Virus record (IMG/VR): IMGVR_UViG_3300020469_000014
Coordinates: 1 to 64,000 of that record
DNA length: 64,000 nucleotides
Strand: one strand, 5' to 3'
Source: an uncultured virus (IMG/VR IMGVR_UViG_3300020469_000014)
Lineage: Duplodnaviria; Heunggongvirae; Uroviricota; Caudoviricetes
Positions 48,232 to 55,260 of the stretch are shown here, in pieces. Numbering within the stretch: position 1 is the first letter of the stretch; every line of letters starts with the position of its first letter. The position numbers and the translations under genes were made by a program. The notes beneath the pieces were generated by a model. It ran no database searches and was not told the origin of the DNA. It saw nothing but the letters and a program-made list of their open reading frames with translations.

Positions 48232-48489
48232 TCACAGGTCTGCTGGGTCTGAAGGCATCACCTGTGGTACGATCATCAGTTGTAACCTATCAACGACAGC
48301 GGGCACTAGATAACTACCATCAAAAGAGCAAGTTCCGTCATCATTCTTGTTACCTAACTTCTCACAAATTGCATCACTAACTAACTCATATAAAACGTTA
48401 TGTTTCCTTGGGTTCTGATAAATGTGTTCAATAACTTCCAATACCAAAGCATCAGCAAGTTTGTTTAATGTCTCTTTAGATAGAGTCAT
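48232..48489 (-). CDS. Hypothetical early protein
   Basis: LS.ETL.KLADAL..EVIE.I; AGGAGG RBS. Confidence 0.75.
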   Translation of the reverse strand: MTLSKETLNKLADALVLEVIEHIYQNPRKHNVLYELVSDAICEKLGNKNDDGTCSFDGSYLVPAVVDRLQLMIVPQVMPSDPADL

Positions 48490-48514
48490 TTAGTCCTCCT
48501 TTTTGTTTGTGTGG

Positions 48515-48901
48515 TCATTTTCCAATTCCCATAGGGTCATCTGATTCGCTCTCTAATTGAGAGACAATTGCACTATCAATTTTGTCTAGTTCTTCTTGAT
48601 GAAACTTTCTTGTCCATCCATCATTGTATGATGAATTTGCATTTACCAAATGGTGTGCTCGGTTTCCAATCAAAACATCATTTTCTTCTCTATAATATTC
48701 ATAAACAAGTTGTTGATATATGTCAAACAACTCTTGCAATACTACTCCTTCGAGATCAGTCCATGAACCAACGTAGTCAACTTGTGTCTCATCATATCCG
48801 CCCTTCTTGAAACTAGGAGCACTAAAAAAGTGCATATCTGTGTCTATCATGAAGTGATGACCATACTTCTCACTCTCGTAAGTTTTTACATATGTCCTCA
48901 T
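48515..48901 (-). CDS. Hypothetical early protein
   Basis: 128 aa; ANSSYNDGWT motif. Confidence 0.75.
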   Translation of the reverse strand: MRTYVKTYESEKYGHHFMIDTDMHFFSAPSFKKGGYDETQVDYVGSWTDLEGVVLQELFDIYQQLVYEYYREENDVLIGNRAHHLVNANSSYNDGWTRKFHQEELDKIDSAIVSQLESESDDPMGIGK

Positions 48902-49083
48902 TTTGTACCTCCATCAACTGCTATCATTTTGTGGTATATGTCATATGAAATATAATCTCTAATATCATTTGAGAGATCAGGGTCATGCTTTGTTTCTACT
49001 CTCTCTTTGAGTGAGAAATAAGTCGGTTCAAATATCTCAAAGAGTCTATTGAACTCGGTATCTGTTAGGTTTAATGTTTTCAT
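48898..49083 (-). CDS. Hypothetical early protein
   Basis: 61 aa, ATGA coupling. Confidence 0.7.
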   Translation of the reverse strand: MKTLNLTDTEFNRLFEIFEPTYFSLKERVETKHDPDLSNDIRDYISYDIYHKMIAVDGGTK

Positions 49084-49295
49084 AGGTCAATAGTATGCTC
49101 AAGTTTTAGACGTAATAGTGAGTCAACAACCGATTCCATAGTTGTCTTAGAGTAACCAACTGCATAGGGATAATCCTTCTTGTAGTCAGCGGCACTCTGT
49201 TCCGAAGCACCATAACATACCTCAATTGATTCATTGAGTGACATAATTATTGCATCAATAACGTAGGTCGGGATTTCAAGTTTGGGATCTGGCAT
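49080..49295 (-). CDS. Hypothetical early protein
   Basis: YPYAVGYS motif; cassette upstream. Confidence 0.75.
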   Translation of the reverse strand: MPDPKLEIPTYVIDAIIMSLNESIEVCYGASEQSAADYKKDYPYAVGYSKTTMESVVDSLLRLKLEHTIDL

Positions 49296-49388
49296 TGAAT
49301 TACCTTATATGTTTATATTATAGTATAATAAAATAGGATTGCAACCACTCATGTGACATTTATTCAACTGGCACACCCGATGAAGTGA

Positions 49389-50360
49389 TTAAGAGTTGGT
49401 AATCACTTCATCTGGTACGCCCCATGTCTTTTTCATGTTAAAGTTTGCATAACTGAAGCGTTGACGTTTGACAAGTTTGTATGTACCATATTTGTTAGTC
49501 ATCACATAACCCTCATGTTCATAGGGTTGACCATCAATAAGACACTCTACATCTTGTGACGTAGTGATGCCTTGCATCAATAGTTCTTTAACTTCGATAA
49601 TCATATTGTACAAGTGGAATAGGTTTTTTGAATATCCTGTATCACTTGCAAGTTGATCTGGGTTAAGTTTCTTGCCTTCCCTCACATAACTGTTGACGAT
49701 TACCTTTAGTGTTTTCCCTTCCTTGAGCGTGGGGAACTCGGTGAATCGTACCAACGTGCGAATAAGAATGAGCAAAAATTCGATCTTTGCATTTAAGCGG
49801 TTTGATCGGGCGCCCATACTAGCATGAGTATCAACTTGATAGTGTCTCAAGTTGGTACAGTCGAGATTCCCATAGTTATTAGTCCTATAATGGAATACTG
49901 CATCTAATTCTTGAATAGTTGCACCAACATATTCAGTATGAGTCGCTACAACCACTGATTGTTTGATTACTTTATCAAATTTGTAGGTGATTGTGTTAGG
50001 TTTGTAAGTATCATTACCACCATAACCAATGAAGTCGCACTGATATACCCCATGCTCTGTGGGCAGGGTCTCAAGACAAGTGTGTAGAATACTTGCTACG
50101 TTTGGGATGTTCCCATGATTAGTTTCAATGTCATCATGAGTATAGTTTATCTTGATCTTTTTCTTATTGAATACTGATTTAGTACCAACAAAGAATCTAC
50201 CATTCTCAGGGTTGACTCCATAGACGACAGCGGGGGCACCATCATATTTGACTGATATTTGATTTCTCTTGCTCTTCAGAAACTTGATCACATCAACAGC
50301 ACCCTCCTTACCAAGGGTCAGGATGCTGTCCTCTGGGTGTTCTAGGTGTTTGTTCTTCAT
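49389..50360 (-). CDS. Ligase/capping-enzyme-superfamily nucleotidyltransferase-like protein (DUF6267-like)
   Basis: KHLEHPED N-terminus; SVKYDGAP (KxDG), YQCDF, HEGYV, YKLVKR resemble motifs I, III, IV and V. Confidence 0.7.
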   Translation of the reverse strand: MKNKHLEHPEDSILTLGKEGAVDVIKFLKSKRNQISVKYDGAPAVVYGVNPENGRFFVGTKSVFNKKKIKINYTHDDIETNHGNIPNVASILHTCLETLPTEHGVYQCDFIGYGGNDTYKPNTITYKFDKVIKQSVVVATHTEYVGATIQELDAVFHYRTNNYGNLDCTNLRHYQVDTHASMGARSNRLNAKIEFLLILIRTLVRFTEFPTLKEGKTLKVIVNSYVREGKKLNPDQLASDTGYSKNLFHLYNMIIEVKELLMQGITTSQDVECLIDGQPYEHEGYVMTNKYGTYKLVKRQRFSYANFNMKKTWGVPDEVITNS

Positions 50361-50420
50361 ACTACCATTATACACCATGCCAACAGGAAAACAACCCTCT
50401 CTGTACCAGTTTGTAGACTG

Positions 50421-50729
50421 TCACACAAAGAATTGTTCTAGTGGGGTCAAGTTAAGTTTCATTGCAGTATAGGGCGAAGTGTCCTCTATTGAGACTTCTT
50501 TACCTATTCTATTTGAATTGATGGGGGCGTAGTAAGCGTGCGTACTGCTTCTCTTTGTTCTCTTATGCTTGACGAATCCCCAGATACAACGAGATTCATC
50601 ACCATCATTATAGAGAAACCTATAGTCAGATACAGTCCAGATAGCATCCACATTAGTTTTAAATTGTATCGACTCATAGCGGTATCCTTTAGGTGGTTGG
50701 TGAATAAAATCGTCTGGAAGTGCGGTCAC
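50421..50729 (-). CDS. Conserved cyanophage early protein
   Basis: F.HQPPKGYRYE...IWGFVK...APIN....GK.V....TSPYTAM; GTG start. Confidence 0.8.
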   Translation of the reverse strand: MTALPDDFIHQPPKGYRYESIQFKTNVDAIWTVSDYRFLYNDGDESRCIWGFVKHKRTKRSSTHAYYAPINSNRIGKEVSIEDTSPYTAMKLNLTPLEQFFV

Positions 50730-50747
50730 AATTTATCAGTTAAAAGA

Positions 50748-50812
50748 TTGTGGGAGAGATTCGACTTAAAGAGCATTTTCCACTGGGGTCGCTCACTCTT
50801 GCCTCCCACATT
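50748..50812 (-). ncRNA. Candidate structured leader or small RNA
   Basis: Begins at the predicted TSS; UGUGGGAG/CUCCCACA closing stem, AAGAGU/GCUCUU inner stem. Confidence 0.4.
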
Positions 50813-50862
50813 TATATAATAATCCATTGGGATAGGATTACAACCAGTAGTGTGCCAGTTTA

Positions 50863-51054
50863 TTATATGTCACATTCGGGGTTGAGAAATTGTCTATTTC
50901 GCTTTACCTTAGTAGTTGAAATATCAATTAGGTCTTCTAACTCTTCAATAGAATTAGATAGGTTATCATCATCTTTCTCTTCAGAATAGAAAAATAATGC
51001 TTCACTTAACAAGTTGAATTGCTTGTCAGTTAGTGTTACATCGATCTTATACAT
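50863..51054 (-). CDS. Hypothetical protein
   Basis: 63-aa ORF. Confidence 0.7.
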   Translation of the reverse strand: MYKIDVTLTDKQFNLLSEALFFYSEEKDDDNLSNSIEELEDLIDISTTKVKRNRQFLNPECDI

Positions 51055-51055
51055 C

Positions 51056-51667
51056 TTACCTCATAGGTATGTTAAATGACATGATTGTCCTCTGTTTATC
51101 TGATTTAGATACTGGCGATTCATGTAACAATACAGAGGGGAAAGTTAGAATCTCACCTTCATTTACTGAAGGCGCAACCTTATCTATTGTACCATAAAAA
51201 GGGTTAGGATTAGGACTATAAAATGTAGTGGGAAAGTGCTCTTCTGCATCAAATTCAACATATAATACACATGATATATTCATTAAACCATGATTGTGGG
51301 CACCATGATATTGTCCTCTGTCATATCTCTGTGACCATAGTTGCCAATCCTCAATACCTTTGAAAGGGCAATCTCCTCTATATCTATCATTCAATATCTG
51401 TGTGTATTCATTAACTAACCTATCTAAATCAGTTTCCAATATCTCATAAAACTCCATAAGATATGGTGCTGAAGTCTGATACTTATAGTAATCAGTCTGG
51501 CACTCATAATCTTGTTTAAAGTAATCAAACTCTTGAAGATCATCACCAGTAAAATCCATTAGATTTAAGAGTTTAGATTTCTTGTCACTCCAATCATCTA
51601 CCACAAACTTAGTGATAGGGAACCCAAATAGATTTAGAGATTGACCGTTCATTTCTTGTGATTTCAT
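51056..51667 (-). CDS. 2OG-Fe(II) oxygenase, TIGR02466-like
   Basis: W.Q.Y..GQYH.AHNH...SCVLY, EG.I..FPS.LLHE....RT..SFN. Confidence 0.85.
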   Translation of the reverse strand: MKSQEMNGQSLNLFGFPITKFVVDDWSDKKSKLLNLMDFTGDDLQEFDYFKQDYECQTDYYKYQTSAPYLMEFYEILETDLDRLVNEYTQILNDRYRGDCPFKGIEDWQLWSQRYDRGQYHGAHNHGLMNISCVLYVEFDAEEHFPTTFYSPNPNPFYGTIDKVAPSVNEGEILTFPSVLLHESPVSKSDKQRTIMSFNIPMR

Positions 51668-51797
51668 TTTCTGTCTTGAGAACCCTTGCCACCACTAGAC
51701 CAAAGACCTGTTTTTTCCATAATTCTGTCCGTCAGGTGTGTTTGGTCATCCATCCCACTCTCGTTATGGAAAAAAGACTAAGTGTCATCCTAGAAGT

Positions 51798-51968
51798 TCA
51801 TTTGTGCTTATAGTTCTTTCTTGATTTGCGCCTTGGTTTTATACCCTTGTCTCTCTTCAACTCTGCTTTAAGTTTCTTTAGAAATTTCAAGTGATCAGGA
51901 TACACCAATCTCATCAGATCCTTTTTAGTCTGTCTCGATTCTTTACTAATCTCTGTCCACCTCAACAT
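51798..51968 (-). CDS. Small basic hypothetical protein (56 aa)
   Basis: Manual ORF MLRWTEISKESRQTKKDLMRLVYPDHLKFLKKLK... Confidence 0.6.
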   Translation of the reverse strand: MLRWTEISKESRQTKKDLMRLVYPDHLKFLKKLKAELKRDKGIKPRRKSRKNYKHK

Positions 51969-52212
51969 CATTTATGTCCTGAAATGTAATGTTTGCGATG
52001 TCCGAATCAGTCCAATCTGTGATATCATCAAGGAATAAGTCGGTATCATCAAAATCATCTGCCTCGATCATCATTTCCTGTACTAATGCCTCAGCGTCCT
52101 CAAGTCGAACTTTATCCACCAAACTACTCATCTGTGTGGCGAATTGCTCTTCCATGACTGAAAGGCATTGTGCTCTGATCTTGTCAATTTGTGCCATTGG
52201 TTTAATTACCAT
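51946..52212 (-). CDS. Acidic hypothetical protein
   Basis: 88 aa; TTGCAA-17-TATAAT promoter at about 52221-52249. Confidence 0.75.
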   Translation of the reverse strand: MVIKPMAQIDKIRAQCLSVMEEQFATQMSSLVDKVRLEDAEALVQEMMIEADDFDDTDLFLDDITDWTDSDIANITFQDINDVEVDRD

Positions 52213-52249
52213 GTAGTTTAATTATACTATAATGTTAAGTTATTTGCAA

Positions 52250-53467
52250 CTACCTTGTCGCTCTTGATACCTGTGACTCTCCTCTAGTAAAGATAGTGTC
52301 AACAACTGATTGAAGGCGACGTTCTGTACCAATACCCACATTGCTGTAAACTGGTACAAACATCTTGCCAAATGGTTTTACATAACCATTTCCATTGATG
52401 TTAGGTTTGAGAGCACCTGTACTAATCTTAAGTGCATCTTCCTTATGTAGTCGAATGACTCGACCAATAGTCTGTGCCATGGTGATTAGATCAAGATTCC
52501 TCAATAGAATACAAGCAGTCAATCCGCTCACATTCATACCCTCTGAGAGAATAGAATGATGAAACATGACAAACTTCTTGTCAGGGTCAGCACCCCACTT
52601 GTTCATCAAATTGAAGAATGTCTTGCGAGTGACCTTCTTACCATTGATGATAGCACCATACTTTGATGTAATCCACATTACATTGTATTTCATAGAGTGA
52701 CATACTGCCATGAAATCAGTTTGAGTAATCAACTTGTGAATGTTCTTACTAGACTTAGCAGTGACCAATACTTTGTCCATGTGATCTTCATTTTCAAGAG
52801 CATCAAGAATCATACACCTGTCAATCTGCTCGACTGATTCATAGAACCCGATAGGATACTTGACTGACTTGACTTGAGGCGGTACAATGTAACCCTTTTC
52901 AATCAACTCTGGAGCAGCGACTTCTGCAATAACATTACCATACACCTTGACATTGTTCATACCTCTCTCTTGTGATGTATGATGTTTAGGTGTGGCAGTG
53001 AAGTAAAACTTACGTCTGGTAATCTTAGAGCGATTCTTGACACTCTCAAAGAAGTTCCTTTGAACTGAATTGTGTGCCTCATCATAATATACTGTGTCTG
53101 CTTCAACATCTTCTCTGACTTTGTGAAGTGAGTGATATGTTGTAAAGATCAACTGGTTCCTTGTACTGTTATGATGCCACTCTTGAATCTCTTCTGGGTT
53201 AGTAGTAGTCTTATAGTTAGTCTCTCCACTATGAACATGAAGCACCTCGACATTATCAATGTGCTCTAAGAACTCCTCACACAACTGTTGTGCAAGTAAG
53301 ATTCTAGGAGCAACAACAATAATAGTCTGCGGAATAGGCATACTGAATCGCCACTTAGCGTCCATAATCATACATATTGTTTTACCGCCACCTGTGGGTA
53401 CAAGAACCTGCCCCCACTTGTGTTGCATGGTATCAATTATGTCTGTTTGATGGTCACGAAGTTGCAT
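52250..53467 (-). CDS. Superfamily 2 (DEAH/ResIII-like) helicase
   Basis: LRDHQ (Q motif), PTGGGKT (Walker A), YDEAH, FTATP, LSEGMN, QTIGRVIR. Confidence 0.9.
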   Translation of the reverse strand: MQLRDHQTDIIDTMQHKWGQVLVPTGGGKTICMIMDAKWRFSMPIPQTIIVVAPRILLAQQLCEEFLEHIDNVEVLHVHSGETNYKTTTNPEEIQEWHHNSTRNQLIFTTYHSLHKVREDVEADTVYYDEAHNSVQRNFFESVKNRSKITRRKFYFTATPKHHTSQERGMNNVKVYGNVIAEVAAPELIEKGYIVPPQVKSVKYPIGFYESVEQIDRCMILDALENEDHMDKVLVTAKSSKNIHKLITQTDFMAVCHSMKYNVMWITSKYGAIINGKKVTRKTFFNLMNKWGADPDKKFVMFHHSILSEGMNVSGLTACILLRNLDLITMAQTIGRVIRLHKEDALKISTGALKPNINGNGYVKPFGKMFVPVYSNVGIGTERRLQSVVDTIFTRGESQVSRATR

Positions 53468-53499
53468 AGTCAGTTGTCTCAATACTCATATTATAGGAT

Positions 53500-53525
53500 A
53501 AAAAAAGACCCCTGCATGGGGTCTT
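53500..53525 (-). terminator. Rho-independent terminator embedded in an early promoter cassette
   Basis: Minus strand AAGACCCC-atgca-GGGGTC-TTTTTTT, then TATAAT. Confidence 0.8.
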
Positions 53526-53534
53526 GTGACAGTT

Positions 53535-53705
53535 TCAGAACTGTGCCAATAGTTTTTGAGTCTCAGGATCGAACTCCTCTTTGACTCCATTGATGTCCAT
53601 CAACCAATCATCTGCCTCAAGTCGTTCAAACTCTTCGGTTCCAAGTGTCCATTCGGGATCGCCCGAGAACATTTGGGCATTTTCTTCAAACTCTTGTGGG
53701 GTCAT
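53535..53705 (-). CDS. Small acidic hypothetical protein
   Basis: ATG at 53705 preferred (MTPQEFEE...). Confidence 0.65.
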   Translation of the reverse strand: MTPQEFEENAQMFSGDPEWTLGTEEFERLEADDWLMDINGVKEEFDPETQKLLAQF

Positions 53706-53750
53706 TGTCTTAATAATCAAAATTTACAAAAAATAATAAACACATCAAAC

Positions 53751-53984
53751 TCAGCAACTTGCAGGCGAGTATTGTTGTGGTTCAGTCAGGAAATCTGTCA
53801 CCTGATAACCAAGATCGAGACGTGAATTGATTGTCTCAGTCATTTCTCTCTTGCTCATCAGTCGCATTGACATAGCATTAACTTCGCCTTGATTGTTCTT
53901 CAGTTTGAGAGTATAAACGAATTTCTCAGTCAAAATGTTGTGAGGGCGGAACTCTACTGACATTGAACCTGATGTGAGTTGCAT
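53751..53984 (-). CDS. Hypothetical early protein
   Basis: 77 aa; cassette upstream. Confidence 0.75.
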   Translation of the reverse strand: MQLTSGSMSVEFRPHNILTEKFVYTLKLKNNQGEVNAMSMRLMSKREMTETINSRLDLGYQVTDFLTEPQQYSPASC

Positions 53985-54051
53985 GGGGTCTCTTGTGTTT
54001 ACTCTCTTATTATAATGGGATCAGAGTCCCCTGCAACCACCTGTGTGCCAG

Positions 54052-54351
54052 TTATCCAACTGGTGGTGTGCCTGGTGCCTGAGCAGGCATTGATTCCATA
54101 TCAAACTTACTAGATGCCTTCTCTAGTTCTACCTTACCCTTGAGGGCATTGACCTCTGCAATAAGAGTCTTAATATCATCTTGTTGTTTATACAAGGCAG
54201 CATTAACCAATGACTCCAATGTAGTCAATCTCTCATCAAGATTACCAATGGTTCGCATTGATGCTTGTAATTGTTTCTTTAGTCTATCTACTTGTTGCAA
54301 CTTAGTTTTAGTAAGTGCTTCTGTGTCTGATGTTAGTGAATCGTATCCCAT
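54052..54351 (-). CDS. Coiled-coil protein with a late promoter
   Basis: Heptad pattern; CTAAATA at 54372-54378. Confidence 0.75.
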   Translation of the reverse strand: MGYDSLTSDTEALTKTKLQQVDRLKKQLQASMRTIGNLDERLTTLESLVNAALYKQQDDIKTLIAEVNALKGKVELEKASSKFDMESMPAQAPGTPPVG

Positions 54352-54391
54352 AATTTATGTTACTCTTTGATTATTTAGATAGGTGTGCGTA

Positions 54392-54817
54392 TTACCTGAT
54401 GTACAGATAACCACCTGCCCAGTCACAGTTTGATAGCATCCACTGACGTTGATTGATGTCTCTCATATCAAATCTAACGTGTTTAGCAGGTGCTTTCCAT
54501 GAAGCAGGTTTGTAAACCTCTCCTGTCATTTTGTCAACAAAAGCATGAACCCCTGCACTATCATATTTGCCTTGGTGGTAGTCATTCTGAATGATCTTAT
54601 GATACCTTTTGCCTGATGTTATAGTAAACCTCATGCACTCTTCATCATTCTCAATTTTGTTAATCCTATCCTGTAGGTATGGATTATTTTCCTCTGAATT
54701 ATTCTTGATGCAAGAGCGAACTGCGTAGTTCTTATACTGTTGTTCGAGAGCACGGCAAAGTGTCTCTGTCCATTGAAGTACTTCTACTTTTGTGAGTGAT
54801 TGTTCTAGTGTTGACAT
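54392..54817 (-). CDS. Conserved phage early protein
   Basis: GKRYHKI...VHAFVDK.TGEVYKPASWKAPAK.VR...DWAGGYLY. Confidence 0.85.
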   Translation of the reverse strand: MSTLEQSLTKVEVLQWTETLCRALEQQYKNYAVRSCIKNNSEENNPYLQDRINKIENDEECMRFTITSGKRYHKIIQNDYHQGKYDSAGVHAFVDKMTGEVYKPASWKAPAKHVRFDMRDINQRQWMLSNCDWAGGYLYIR

Positions 54818-54844
54818 AATCTTTGTTTGTATTGTTGTTTGTTA

Positions 54845-54893
54845 AAGAGAAAAGGGGGGAAAGGTAACAAACACAAAACCTTTCCCTCCACAT
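54845..54893 (-). ncRNA. Candidate ~50-nt small RNA or attenuator hairpin
   Basis: Begins at the predicted TSS; stem GGAGGGAAAGGU/ACCUUUCCCCCC, loop UUUGUGUUUGUU, U-rich tail. Confidence 0.5.
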
Positions 54894-54939
54894 TCATATA
54901 TTACTGCTTTATGGTGGTAATACAACCACCTATGTGCCA

Positions 54940-55116
54940 CTACTTCAACTGTCCACTCTTACCAAGTCTGTGTAGATAGTAACCTATGAGAGCACCAATA
55001 CCCATCTTAAACAAGGCACTGAAAGAATTGTCAATTCGATTCAAATTAATATCTGTGCCTGTACCATACTCACTATTCCTCAAATGATAGTGAACAGTTT
55101 TGGGTCTGGTTTTCAT
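54940..55116 (-). CDS. Small protein with a hydrophobic C-terminal segment
   Basis: ATG at 55116; FSALFKMGIGALIGYYL. Confidence 0.65.
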   Translation of the reverse strand: MKTRPKTVHYHLRNSEYGTGTDINLNRIDNSFSALFKMGIGALIGYYLHRLGKSGQLK

Positions 55117-55137
55117 GGCAATAATATAGTTGGGTGC

Positions 55138-55227
55138 GAGAAACAAAAACGTGGACTTAAACTCATTGACTTCTTTTTACGTTTAGGACTTGCACCTAAC
55201 CCAATGGATGCCAGTTTTGTTTCCCAT
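55138..55227 (-). ncRNA. Candidate structured RNA with a T-loop-like arm
   Basis: GGGAAACAAAAC/GUUUUUGUUUCUC closing stem, CAUUG/CAAUG, UUAGG-UGCAAGU-CCUAA. Confidence 0.45.
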
Positions 55228-55231
55228 TATC

Positions 55232-55260
55232 ATTATAGGTCATCTACCTGTCCTTGTCAA
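55232..55260 (-). promoter_or_regulatory. Consensus sigma70 promoter
   Basis: TTGACA-17-TATAAT. Confidence 0.85.

Larger units (their letters stand above)
42130..54956 (-). repeat. Dispersed early-promoter cassette, about 15 copies
   Basis: TGTG(C/A)CA-N10-TG(G/T)CACA at 42607, 44593, 45076, 45390, 46182, 47089, 47465, 48213, 49352, 50402, 50851, 53525, 54933; half-sites at 42190 and 54044; each followed on the minus strand by a -35-like (G)GTTG, a TATAAT-like box and often AACAAACA. Confidence 0.9.

Noticed and set aside
42130..54956. Cassette repeats as a CRISPR array or integron attC sites
   Set aside because: Spacing is irregular (0.3-2.7 kb) with whole genes in between; copies are degenerate and contain promoters; no cas or integrase gene in the window.
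55180..55202. tRNA gene
   Set aside because: Only a T-arm-like hairpin; no D arm, anticodon arm or acceptor stem geometry. No tRNA was recognised anywhere in the window.
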